DNA from: an uncultured Candidatus Saccharibacteria bacterium
Lineage (GTDB): Bacteria; Patescibacteriota; Saccharimonadia; Saccharimonadales; JAUPVS01
DNA length: 64,000 nucleotides
Direction of reading: 5' to 3'
Assembly: GCA_964410185.1 (NCBI GenBank)
Contig: CAYPFM010000001.1
Span: 144,860-208,859, forward strand
Positions 16,682 to 25,835 of the stretch are shown piece after piece. The notes below the pieces were generated by a model, which was given only the letters and a program-made list of their open reading frames with translations, searched no databases and had not been told where the DNA came from. The position numbers were made by a program, and so were the translations under genes. The stretch's first letter is position 1, and each line of letters starts with the position of its first letter.

Positions 16682-17362
16682 CTAGAACACTCCTCCTGGC
16701 ACCAGCCATTGCATAAATGAATAGAGCAACAGAAAAGCGACCAACGATATGATGGCGTTCATAATCTTCTTTTTGGCAGACGAAACAGCTTGTGGATTGC
16801 TGCCTGCTGTCGTGTATTGGATGCCGCCGATAATCACCATAATTATCACGATAACACCAACGCCGATTGCAAAGAAGTTAATAATCGAATTAAAGGTGTT
16901 GATGAGGGGGTTTTTCTTGATACAGCCCTGCAAGTCACCGCCTTCCGTCCCATTTTTGCCATTACAATCATTGAGCGCTTTAACTTGATCAGTTGTGGTC
17001 GCGGGATCTTCGACGCTGATATCCCCAGTAGAGGTTTGGCTGGCGGGTGTCTGGGCAACAGCGGCGCCGAGGGCAGCACCTGGTGCCGTGGACGGAGCGA
17101 CCGAACTAGCGATGGTTGCGTTGCAATCGAATGCTTCGGGCCGAGTGTACACAGGTGGGGGGCCAGTCCGATAACAGCCTTTTTCGGTATCGATTGTCAC
17201 CGTGGGATACAACGCTTTGAGCGTGCTACACTCAATTTTGGTTGAGGTGCCATTACTAATTGCGTAACAGCCTGGTGTCGCCGCGCTGACTTGGGATCCA
17301 GAGAGCATCACCACCAAAACAAACGCTACCGAACTAAGTAAACTTAATACTGTTTTTCTCAT
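16682..17362 (-). CDS. T4SS pilin-like protein, paralog 6, with a ~150-aa extra N-terminal Cys-containing ectodomain
   Basis: Signal peptide (SQVSA-AT). The C-terminus IIGGIQYTTAGSNPQAVSSAKKKIMNAIISLVAF matches the family motif. Confidence 0.5.
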   Translation of the reverse strand: MRKTVLSLLSSVAFVLVVMLSGSQVSAATPGCYAISNGTSTKIECSTLKALYPTVTIDTEKGCYRTGPPPVYTRPEAFDCNATIASSVAPSTAPGAALGAAVAQTPASQTSTGDISVEDPATTTDQVKALNDCNGKNGTEGGDLQGCIKKNPLINTFNSIINFFAIGVGVIVIIMVIIGGIQYTTAGSNPQAVSSAKKKIMNAIISLVAFLLLYSFMQWLVPGGVF

Positions 17363-17892
17363 ACCGGCTGCGCCTTTATGTCATAACTGTTAATTTTATA
17401 ACTGCCGCCTTCGTTGATAAGCCCCAATTGGAAGTCGGCCTTGTACTGACCGTTGCGCGTGGGACAGTTATAGACAACAACGGCACCGGTGCTCGTAATC
17501 TGCGGGGTGGCTTTTTGGGTACACTTGGATAAATCAAAGCTTGTGGTCAGGGTTGTTGTGCTGAACTCAGCCAACTGTTCTTTACTAAAGTTCTTCTGTT
17601 GTGCCGACGTAAATAGGGGGTAGGCATCGGCGGCGCGGTTTTGGAGAACGTCGTTAAAATACTCCTGGGCAAGCTTGGTGGCCGCTTGTTGCTGTGCGGC
17701 AACCGAGGCGTTACTGGGCTGTTTTGCAACCTTGCTGGCGATCGAGGCAAAGACCGCCACTACCACCAATACAAAGACCACCACCACAGAGAGCACCAGC
17801 AATACTGTTGGACGCTTTTTCTTTGGAGGCAACCCGGGTTGATTGTTAATAAAATCAAAATCCGGTGGCGGCATTTGTGTTTCTGTATTCAT
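17359..17892 (-). CDS. Hypothetical bitopic membrane protein (177 aa), first gene of the pilin-like operon; speculative VirB8-like candidate
   Basis: Pro-rich N-terminus, one TM (VLLVLSVVVVFVLVVVAVFASIA) and a ~110-aa extracytoplasmic domain. A 4-nt overlap couples it to the next gene. Confidence 0.5.
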   Translation of the reverse strand: MNTETQMPPPDFDFINNQPGLPPKKKRPTVLLVLSVVVVFVLVVVAVFASIASKVAKQPSNASVAAQQQAATKLAQEYFNDVLQNRAADAYPLFTSAQQKNFSKEQLAEFSTTTLTTSFDLSKCTQKATPQITSTGAVVVYNCPTRNGQYKADFQLGLINEGGSYKINSYDIKAQPV

Positions 17893-17915
17893 TTTTAAGT
17901 TGATTCCAGTCTTAA

Positions 17916-17944
17916 TTAATAGCCTGAGTCATCCGTTTTGTCAA
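17916..17944 (-). promoter_or_regulatory. Candidate promoter of the pilin-like operon (TTGACA-17 nt-TATTAA)
   Basis: On the minus strand, -35 TTGACA is at 17944..17939 and -10 TATTAA at 17921..17916, with 17 nt between them. It lies in the 134-nt divergent intergenic region. Confidence 0.35.
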
Positions 17945-18026
17945 TCAGAGAACAGGTTTGAGCTATGGACATTCTGAGAGATTGGTGATATACCGAAAGC
18001 AGACCACATAAATAAGGCGCGTCAAG

Positions 18027-19067
18027 ATGGCACTTACACACCACGACCATGATGTTCCATTCGAGGAACAACCACACCAAGTCGGAGCTCAACCTCCGCT
18101 CATGCCAGAGGGCGCCTTCACCCAACCAGACCAGCAAAACTCCGACATCACTGCTACAGGTCCACAATTCGCCGACACTCAAGTAATTGAGCCTGAAGCC
18201 GACCAAAAACCTTTTGATGCCTCGGCAACTGTTTCGTATACATCAGAACAGATGGCAGCTTTGCGCGCCGAAGCCTTACAACAAGCCACAACCCCACCCG
18301 AAGTTGTACAAGCACCACCTGCCAAAAAGCGAACCTGGCTTAAAGTTGGCGCTCCTCTTGTGGCGTTGGCAAGTTTGGTTGGCGTAGCTGGTGGAGTTGG
18401 TATTGGTAAAGCCACCTCTCAATCGTCTACTCCGAGCGCAGTCACCGCGCCGGTCGAGACAACCACCACGCAACAACCAGGCAGTAGCGAAACGACGATG
18501 CCAGAAGCAAAACCGGGGATTATCGACGGTGAACCAACCATCAATGTTGTCCGCCCCAATGGCGAGAAAATCACTATTGCCCGACTGCGTAGCCCCGAAG
18601 ATTACTCACCAGACGAGGTAGTGGAGTCGTTCATGGGGCTTGCTGACTGTTGGGGAACAACTGGCGACCAAGCCTGCTTGGACGAAATTTCCTCTCGACC
18701 AGATACTCAGCAGGTCGTTATCGATATGATGGATCACGTTAAAAACAACGTACTCCAGAACAACAACATGCCGGTAGCGCCAAAAGCCTTCCAGGTCGCG
18801 ACCTTTAAAGACCCCAAAGACCCGGCAGCCTTTGCCATGAATCGAAGTGGCTCAACCTATACCTTCACGCTCGAAAGTGGGACGATGCGCCTCAACCCCT
18901 ACACCACTGGTTACGAAGACGACTTTAAATGGCACGACCCGCAGGTACTCCGAACCGACTACACCTTTAGCTACAAAATGGGTAAGGACTTTTCATTAGT
19001 GATGACCCATGACGCCCAAGGCAAGACGGAAGTTAAGACCCTCAATTGGAGCTGGTCTCGCTCCTAA
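18027..19067 (+). CDS. Hypothetical bitopic membrane protein (346 aa), first gene of the plus-strand T4SS-like operon
   Basis: Disordered N-terminal cytoplasmic part, one TM (WLKVGAPLVALASLVGVAGGVGIG) and a ~200-aa external domain. No motif recognised. Confidence 0.55.
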   Translation: MALTHHDHDVPFEEQPHQVGAQPPLMPEGAFTQPDQQNSDITATGPQFADTQVIEPEADQKPFDASATVSYTSEQMAALRAEALQQATTPPEVVQAPPAKKRTWLKVGAPLVALASLVGVAGGVGIGKATSQSSTPSAVTAPVETTTTQQPGSSETTMPEAKPGIIDGEPTINVVRPNGEKITIARLRSPEDYSPDEVVESFMGLADCWGTTGDQACLDEISSRPDTQQVVIDMMDHVKNNVLQNNNMPVAPKAFQVATFKDPKDPAAFAMNRSGSTYTFTLESGTMRLNPYTTGYEDDFKWHDPQVLRTDYTFSYKMGKDFSLVMTHDAQGKTEVKTLNWSWSRS

Positions 19068-19179
19068 GCGTACGCCCACTTTTACCAGAGGGCTTTTCAA
19101 GGCAGTAAATTACTACTACTATATGGGAGTAATTGTCTTAATTTCTGTTAAGATAAAAGCATAAACACTTCGTACATGC

Positions 19180-20304
19180 ATGAAATATAATTGGTCAACT
19201 CATACCGTCGGCCGCCAAATGCAAATTTGGTTGTGTTTGTTGGTATTCATCGTTAGCATTTTTAGCGTCACCCTCATCAACGTTCAACACGCCTTTGCCG
19301 ACCAGAACGCCCAGTGGATTGATAAGGTTACCATCGTCATTGGCACAACGCGGTATGTTGATAGCGACCCTTTTGACGATCTCGATTACTACGCTGGCAA
19401 TTACCGGAACGGTAAATGCCCTGACGTGATAAAAATAGATAACATGACGGATATGTCCGCTAATGGTGGGACGCAAGCGACCCTCGAAAAACAAAAGGTC
19501 GTCGAACAAACTGGCACCTGTGCACCCGATGGTTCAGAGCATGTCACCCTCAGCAATTCAAATGCGCGCTGGGTAAATGTATACCAGCTTGATGCCGACC
19601 ACGTATTCATGCCGTATTACCATGCTTTTGATGGCCAGTCCCAAGGGGGAAGTTCGGTAGTACTAAAAGATGGGCTTTTTGAACGTTTTACGAATGACAA
19701 CGAAGAATGCCGGCGGGATAACAATGTCGCCCCTCAGGACAGTGGCAATATCGATGCTGGCAAGTGTATGGTTTTTGATCGCAAGTCCAATGGTAAGCTT
19801 GATATTGTCCCGCCTACATCGGCCGGTACAAGCGTCTGGGTTACCACCAACCCCAATGAACACGATGCGCCCATCTATAAATATTCACTCTGCCCAACGG
19901 TAGTTGGTCAAGATCTCCCTTGCAAGATTATAACTCCGGGGAATCATCTGGTTTTTGCAAACAATCGGGTCTTTACAAAACCACCCGACGTAGCAGCTTA
20001 CAACATAACTGGTACAACTGATGAAGCAGCCGCTGGCAACGCACAAGTAAAGTCGTCTTGCCAGTCTAATAACCCCGCCATCGTGATTGGTTGGCTGATT
20101 TGCGGCGTTATCGACGGCCTTGATGGTGCTGTTGATACTGGAATTACTGTGGTTGAGGATTTGCTATCGTTTAATGGTGATGATTACCGAAACGACGAAG
20201 CACTCCACACGACCTGGTCGTTATTCCGAGCGATTGCCTCGTTCTCGCTGCTGGGCGTCGCCTTGGTGATGATAATCGGTCAAGCGATTGGTGGGGGAGA
20301 GTAG
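19180..20304 (+). CDS. Hypothetical secreted Cys-rich protein with a C-terminal TM anchor (374 aa)
   Basis: N-terminal signal/TM (WLCLLVFIVSIFSVTLINVQHAFA), about 9 Cys in the ectodomain, and a C-terminal TM (FSLLGVALVMIIGQAIG). Confidence 0.55.
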   Translation: MKYNWSTHTVGRQMQIWLCLLVFIVSIFSVTLINVQHAFADQNAQWIDKVTIVIGTTRYVDSDPFDDLDYYAGNYRNGKCPDVIKIDNMTDMSANGGTQATLEKQKVVEQTGTCAPDGSEHVTLSNSNARWVNVYQLDADHVFMPYYHAFDGQSQGGSSVVLKDGLFERFTNDNEECRRDNNVAPQDSGNIDAGKCMVFDRKSNGKLDIVPPTSAGTSVWVTTNPNEHDAPIYKYSLCPTVVGQDLPCKIITPGNHLVFANNRVFTKPPDVAAYNITGTTDEAAAGNAQVKSSCQSNNPAIVIGWLICGVIDGLDGAVDTGITVVEDLLSFNGDDYRNDEALHTTWSLFRAIASFSLLGVALVMIIGQAIGGGE

Positions 20305-20305
20305 C

Positions 20306-22051
20306 ATGTTTAGCGCCTACACCATCCGCAAAGTTTTGCCCCGTCTACTCATTGCTGTTATCGCCATTCAGCTTTCTTGGTCACTGGTGCTTTTAGCTGT
20401 ACATGTCAACAACGAGGTAGCTCACGGTTTGCAGGCCCTCTTCTACGCACCTTTCGGTGGCACAAAAGCACTCAGCCTGGGCGCAATTATTCAAACAAAT
20501 GGTGGCAGCGCGGGGGGTGCAGCTGCAACCGGCGTGTTCGCGGCGGCTGCAGCCGGCACCGGTTTTTTGGTTCTTGGGCCTGGCACACTAATTGGCGTCT
20601 TGGCGCTGGCTGGGACTGCAGCCTTGGGCGTGATTATTGCCATATTCACCTTGGTACTTCGCCGTGCCGTCTTACTATTCTTAATGGTAATCGCTCCTTT
20701 GGCTATCGTGGCTTGGGTTCTCCCCGGCACCGAGAAATTCTGGAAGTTATGGTGGGAAAGTTTCAGTAAGCTGCTGCTTATGTACCCGTTGATTTTGTTG
20801 ATGATAGCGGCCGGTCGGGTCTTTGCCAAAGTTGCGGCTGCCTCCGGCGCGAATGCCTTGCTTACCTATGCAATGGTCGTCCTCGGTTTCTTTGGCCCCT
20901 TATTCATGATCCCAGCCACCCTAAAGCTAGCCGGTACGGCATTCTCTACGCTTACCGGGGCAGTTAACAGCAAGGGCAAGGGCGCCTTCGACCGCCTACG
21001 TGGCGTCCGGGATAACCAGGCCAAGAAGAATTCTGCTTACCACATGGACAAAATGCAGCGTCGAACTGTCGCTAAACGTGCCGATTTGCAAAACCGCTGG
21101 CAGGATGCGGCTTCAAAAGATGGGCGCAATAGGTTGAGCAAGTACGCGCTTGCCGCCGCAAGTCGCCGAGTAGGTGGTCGTAATATACAGGCTGAAGCTT
21201 CCGCCATGCAGGCAAAAGTTGGCAAAGAAATTAATGATCAAATCGCAACAGGGCGTGACGAAGAAATTCGCGCATTAACAGTTAATAAGCTAACCAGTGC
21301 GTCTCGTGTTAAAGATGGTGTAAAACAATTCCAAACGCTTGGCGGTGCTTGGGTTAGTGAACAGGCCGTGGATGAAGGTCATCGCCGCTGGGGCAATGAC
21401 CGCTACGCCCAACAAGCCGCACTCTCATACGAAATGCGCAAAGCCTCAACTGACGAGGAAGTTCAAGGGATTGCCGATAACTACGGTAAGGTGGCCATGG
21501 GCAAGGGCGGCTGGGGCATGAACAGAAACCAGGCCGCTGGCGCGTTAATTGGCGCCGGTTTCGAGAACCAAAACCAACACCTGGAATTCAAGAACATGTC
21601 GCTTAACAAGGCAGACCCGGCCACGGGTCCACTAGAACTCGATGGCGCGAAGTTTGCCCGCGAAGCATATGAGAAGAAGGGCAGCTACGCATTATCTCAG
21701 ATGAGTGCGCATACCTTCAAGCAGCTTGGAGAGGCGCACAAAGAGGCAAAACGCACAGGAGATACGGATACGATGCGCAATATCGAGGCAACCGCCGAGA
21801 CGTTTATGTCGCGGTTTGGCGGCAACACGGGAGTACAGCTAGATGCGAGCGGTAACCCAATCGCCGCAGCACCGGCAGGAGCAGCAGGAGCTATGGGTGC
21901 ACCTCAGTATCAAACAAATGCACCTGGTTCCGGTCATGTTGCCGAGGCCGCACGCCAACTGGCAGTCGATGTCGGCGTGTACCGCCCACTAGACCCTTCC
22001 ACCGAAACACACTCGGCACAAGGCCCTTCGGTTAACCCAAGACAAAACTAA
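20306..22051 (+). CDS. VirB6/TrbL-like polytopic membrane protein with a ~340-aa hydrophilic C-terminal domain
   Basis: About six TM helices in the first 240 aa, positioned upstream of PrgI/VirB4 as in Gram-positive-type T4SS. I set the start at the ATG after a GGGGAGAG Shine-Dalgarno; the ORF track starts at 20288. Confidence 0.5.
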   Translation: MFSAYTIRKVLPRLLIAVIAIQLSWSLVLLAVHVNNEVAHGLQALFYAPFGGTKALSLGAIIQTNGGSAGGAAATGVFAAAAAGTGFLVLGPGTLIGVLALAGTAALGVIIAIFTLVLRRAVLLFLMVIAPLAIVAWVLPGTEKFWKLWWESFSKLLLMYPLILLMIAAGRVFAKVAAASGANALLTYAMVVLGFFGPLFMIPATLKLAGTAFSTLTGAVNSKGKGAFDRLRGVRDNQAKKNSAYHMDKMQRRTVAKRADLQNRWQDAASKDGRNRLSKYALAAASRRVGGRNIQAEASAMQAKVGKEINDQIATGRDEEIRALTVNKLTSASRVKDGVKQFQTLGGAWVSEQAVDEGHRRWGNDRYAQQAALSYEMRKASTDEEVQGIADNYGKVAMGKGGWGMNRNQAAGALIGAGFENQNQHLEFKNMSLNKADPATGPLELDGAKFAREAYEKKGSYALSQMSAHTFKQLGEAHKEAKRTGDTDTMRNIEATAETFMSRFGGNTGVQLDASGNPIAAAPAGAAGAMGAPQYQTNAPGSGHVAEAARQLAVDVGVYRPLDPSTETHSAQGPSVNPRQN

Positions 22052-22064
22052 GAGAGCCTAAACT

Positions 22065-22997
22065 ATGGCAACATACAAAGTAATCCAAGACATCGAAGCC
22101 GAAGACAAGCTGCTCGGGCCGCTGAGCCTGCGGCAGTTTATCTATGCCGTTATCGTTGTGGTGCTTTGTTACGTCGTTTTCCGAGTGTTCTTTATCCAGC
22201 CATTCTTGGTGGCGCCGTTCTTGCCGCCAATCATTCTGTTTGGCGTGTTGGCGGCGCCTTTCGGTCACGATCAAAGCTCCGAAATCTGGTTGCTCGCCAA
22301 GATTCGCTTTTTCTTAAAGCCGCGCTTGCGTAAATGGGACCAGACTGGTCTTCAGGAACTGGTCTCCATTACGGTTCCTAAGCGCGTCGAACAACATCTT
22401 ACCAATGGCCTTGACGAAACCCAGGTTAAGAGCCGGCTCGAGGCTCTGGCTCAAACAATTGACACGCATGGTTGGGCGGTAAAGGGCGTGGACGTTAACC
22501 TGTATGCCAATCCGGTTTACGGCACACAATCATCAGACCGCCTGCTCGGCCCCACGCAAGTTGCCCCCACAGCTGTATCAGATCTGGACATAACCTCCAG
22601 CGACGACATCCTTGATGCCGATAACAACCAGTTAGCGCAGCAAATGTCGCGTATGGTGGACGCCAACGACCAGGCTCACCGCCAAGCCATCATGACCCGC
22701 ATGGATCAAATCCGCGGCAATCAGGCTGCCCCGCCAGTTACGCCAGCTCCGGTGCCACCAACACCAATAGCTGCAACGCCACCACCCCAAACCATGCCCC
22801 AACAAATGGCCTACGGGCAGACGCCAATCTTGCAACCCGCGGCTGCACCTGCGCCCCCGTCAGCAACTGTGACACAGCCTACCAAACCTGCTATACTTGA
22901 ACTTGCTAGCAATGATGATTTATCAGTGGCCACAATCGCTCGCCAAGCCAATAAAAACAGCCTGGATGATGGCGAAGTTGTCATATCTCTCCGATAA
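22065..22997 (+). CDS. PrgI-family (VirB3-like) membrane protein with a Pro/Ala-rich C-terminal extension
   Basis: The N-terminus MATYKVIQDIEAEDKLLGPLSLRQFIYAVIVVVLCYVVF plus a second TM is the PrgI-family signature. It lies directly upstream of the VirB4 genes. Confidence 0.6.
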   Translation: MATYKVIQDIEAEDKLLGPLSLRQFIYAVIVVVLCYVVFRVFFIQPFLVAPFLPPIILFGVLAAPFGHDQSSEIWLLAKIRFFLKPRLRKWDQTGLQELVSITVPKRVEQHLTNGLDETQVKSRLEALAQTIDTHGWAVKGVDVNLYANPVYGTQSSDRLLGPTQVAPTAVSDLDITSSDDILDADNNQLAQQMSRMVDANDQAHRQAIMTRMDQIRGNQAAPPVTPAPVPPTPIAATPPPQTMPQQMAYGQTPILQPAAAPAPPSATVTQPTKPAILELASNDDLSVATIARQANKNSLDDGEVVISLR

Positions 22998-23025
22998 ATA
23001 CATCCTAAACTAGGGTGGGCTACAT

Positions 23026-23898
23026 ATGGATCCTTCGACGCAAAACAACAACCAACCGAATTACCCCGCTGCTGCCCCTCCTGTTGGAGGTGGTGTGCCC
23101 TTAGGTGCCGCTATCGGTAACTTCCAGCCTGCCGGCAAACCGGGCGAGCTGGCCCAAGCACCACACCCCAGTAACCCCAACAGCACCCAAAACACCCTGC
23201 AGATTGCCGAAATCCGCGACGGCATCGTTATTATGAATGACGGCTCCTTCCGCTCCGTAGTCATGCTCAAGTCGATTAACTTTGACCTCATGAGCTTGCA
23301 GGAGCAAGAGGCTGTTGAGTCTGGCTATCAGGGGTTTTTGAATGCCCTGTACTTTAATGTCCAGATTTTTATCCGCTCCCAAAAGGTTGATCTTGGCCCA
23401 TACATCGAAAAACTTGATAAGATTCGCGCTGAACACGACAACATGCTCCTGGCGATGCTTATGGAAGACTACATTGGCTTTATGGGGGACATATCGAGTC
23501 AAACCAACATTATGGACAAAAAGTTCTACATGATTATCCCGTACTTCCCGGTTGATGACGTCCAAAAGGCAATTACTAATAGCAAGAACTTCTTCACTGG
23601 CGTGGCCGACTTATTCAGCAAAAAGGAGCATCACGTTGTTGTAAACGAACAGGTGTTGGAACAAGCTAAAACCGAGCTTCGCAACCGCGTCCAAGCGGTT
23701 TTGGGTGGACTGATGCAGTGCGGCGTCCAGGGATTACCGCTGGATACACAAGAACTCATCGAACTCTACTACAACACCTACAACCCCGATACCGCAACCC
23801 GTCAACAGCTCGTCAACTTTAACGACCTGACCGCCCCCGTCGTGACCAAGGGGCAGGGGACCGCCCCGCAACCCGGTCTAGATAGGAGTCTTCAGTAA
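23026..23898 (+). CDS. VirB4-associated protein resembling the extreme N-terminal domain of Gram-positive VirB4/TraE/PrgJ ATPases
   Basis: The segment IAEIRDGIVIMNDGSFRSVVMLKSINFDLMSLQEQEAVESGYQGFLNALYFNVQIFIRSQKVDLGPYI matches the N-terminal pattern of conjugative VirB4 proteins, from memory. Its stop overlaps the next start (TAATG). Confidence 0.5.
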   Translation: MDPSTQNNNQPNYPAAAPPVGGGVPLGAAIGNFQPAGKPGELAQAPHPSNPNSTQNTLQIAEIRDGIVIMNDGSFRSVVMLKSINFDLMSLQEQEAVESGYQGFLNALYFNVQIFIRSQKVDLGPYIEKLDKIRAEHDNMLLAMLMEDYIGFMGDISSQTNIMDKKFYMIIPYFPVDDVQKAITNSKNFFTGVADLFSKKEHHVVVNEQVLEQAKTELRNRVQAVLGGLMQCGVQGLPLDTQELIELYYNTYNPDTATRQQLVNFNDLTAPVVTKGQGTAPQPGLDRSLQ

Positions 23899-25823
23899 TG
23901 GCCTTTGGTAAGAAAAAACAAGCCGCCGCAACCGACCCGGTTTCTTTGGCACAGAGCCAGCAGGCACGTGAACGACAAGAAGTCGAAGAGGCCTTTCGCA
24001 AGGGCATCACCGCGCTGCGTGACTTTATTGCGCCTAGCTCCTTGGAGTTCAAGCCAAACTTCTTCCACCTGGGCACGCGCTTTGCCCGCACCTACTACGT
24101 ATTTGGCTACCCCCGTCAGCTCTACACCGGCTGGTTAAGTAGCATGGTCAACCTCGATGAAGTGATTGACCTTTCTATGTTTATCTATCCGGTCGAGAGC
24201 CAGGTGGTTTTGGAAAACTTGCGCAAAAAGGTTGGTCAACTCGAGGCTGGCATTCAGATTGATAGCGAAAAGGGGCGGGTTCGTGACCCAGGCAAGCAAG
24301 CCGCTATTATCGACGCTGAGGACATCCGTGACAAGTTGCAAGTCGGAGAAGAACGCTTCTTCCGTTTTGGCCTGTACTTTACGATTTACGCCGGCAGCAT
24401 GGAAGAACTAGAGTTTGTTTCGCACAAGGTCGAGTCTATTTTGGGCCAGCAGCTGGTCTACTCAAAGCCAGCCACCTCGCAACAGGAGCAGGGCCTTAAC
24501 AGTGTTGTGCCGCAGTTTACCGACCAACTCCAGATTCGCCGCAACATGAGCACTGGCGCCCTCAGTACCAGCTTCCCATTCACCTCGGCCGACCTCAGCC
24601 AAGACAATGGCATTTTGTATGGCATCAATATGCACAACTCTGGCCTGGTTATCTTTGATCGGTTTAGCCTAGAAAATGGCAACTCGGTGGTCTTTGCCAA
24701 GTCTGGCGCAGGTAAATCTTTCGCAGTGAAGCTGGAAGCCTTGCGAAGCATGATGTTTGGCATCGAGATATTTATTATCGACCCCGAGAACGAATACCAG
24801 CGCATGTGCGAAGCCGTTGGTGGCGCCTACGTGCGCTTGAGCCTCAACTCAGCCACCCGCATTAACCCCTTTGACCTGCCGCGGGTTGTCGACACCGAAG
24901 AAGCCGATAACGCCTTACGTAGCAACCTCATTACCTTGCATGGCTTGCTCCGTTTAATGATGGGTGGCGCTCAGACCCAGATGCAACAAACCGCTGGCTC
25001 AGGCATGATGGCACCAGCGCTGACACCGGTCGAGGAATCTGACCTCGATGCCGCGCTTATTGAGACCTACGCTAAGGCGGGCATCACCAACGATCCGTTG
25101 ACTCACACAGGCACCCCACCAACCATTAATGACCTCTACGACACGCTGCTCCACATGGGCGGCACCGGTCCTCAGCTTGCTCAAAGGTTGCGCAAATATA
25201 CTAGTGGTACGTTTGCGGGTATATTCTCGCAGCAATCAAACATAGACATTAATAATCCACTGGTTGTTTTTAACGTCCGAGACCTTGAGGACGAACTGCG
25301 ACCAGTTGCCATGTACATCGTCTTGAACTATATCTGGAACAAAACCAAAGCCGAACAAAAAAAGCGCCTCTTAATTGTTGATGAAGCCTGGCAACTGATG
25401 AAGTATGAAGATTCGGCCAACTTCTTATTTAGCCTAGCTAAGCGAGCACGTAAGTATAGCCTTGGCATTACCACCATCACCCAGGACGTTGAGGACTTCA
25501 TGGGCTCCCGCATGGGTCGTGCGATTGTGGCCAACGCCTCGATGCAACTACTCCTCAAACAATCGTCTTCGGCCGTTGACGTGCTATCCGACGTCTTTAA
25601 GCTAACCAGCGAGGAAAAGAAGCGCTTGAGTCAGTTCCCAGTCGGGCAGGGCCTCTTCTTTGCCGGCCAAAACCACGTCCATATCCAGATTACAGCCAGC
25701 CCAACCGAAACCAGCTTGATTACGACCAACCCAGACCAAATCGCAGCCATGGGTCAACAGGGGGACATCGCCCAACCAGAAGGTACGATAGACTTGGCCA
25801 ACCGTCTCTATCCAGGCGTATAA
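23898..25823 (+). CDS. virB4: VirB4-like T4SS ATPase
   Basis: Walker A VVFAKSGAGKSF, Walker B LLIVDEAWQLM, and an N-terminal FIAPSSLEF...YYVFGYPRQLYTGWLSSM segment typical of VirB4/TraE; 641 aa. Confidence 0.8.
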   Translation: MAFGKKKQAAATDPVSLAQSQQARERQEVEEAFRKGITALRDFIAPSSLEFKPNFFHLGTRFARTYYVFGYPRQLYTGWLSSMVNLDEVIDLSMFIYPVESQVVLENLRKKVGQLEAGIQIDSEKGRVRDPGKQAAIIDAEDIRDKLQVGEERFFRFGLYFTIYAGSMEELEFVSHKVESILGQQLVYSKPATSQQEQGLNSVVPQFTDQLQIRRNMSTGALSTSFPFTSADLSQDNGILYGINMHNSGLVIFDRFSLENGNSVVFAKSGAGKSFAVKLEALRSMMFGIEIFIIDPENEYQRMCEAVGGAYVRLSLNSATRINPFDLPRVVDTEEADNALRSNLITLHGLLRLMMGGAQTQMQQTAGSGMMAPALTPVEESDLDAALIETYAKAGITNDPLTHTGTPPTINDLYDTLLHMGGTGPQLAQRLRKYTSGTFAGIFSQQSNIDINNPLVVFNVRDLEDELRPVAMYIVLNYIWNKTKAEQKKRLLIVDEAWQLMKYEDSANFLFSLAKRARKYSLGITTITQDVEDFMGSRMGRAIVANASMQLLLKQSSSAVDVLSDVFKLTSEEKKRLSQFPVGQGLFFAGQNHVHIQITASPTETSLITTNPDQIAAMGQQGDIAQPEGTIDLANRLYPGV

Positions 25824-25835
25824 TAAGATAAGCTT

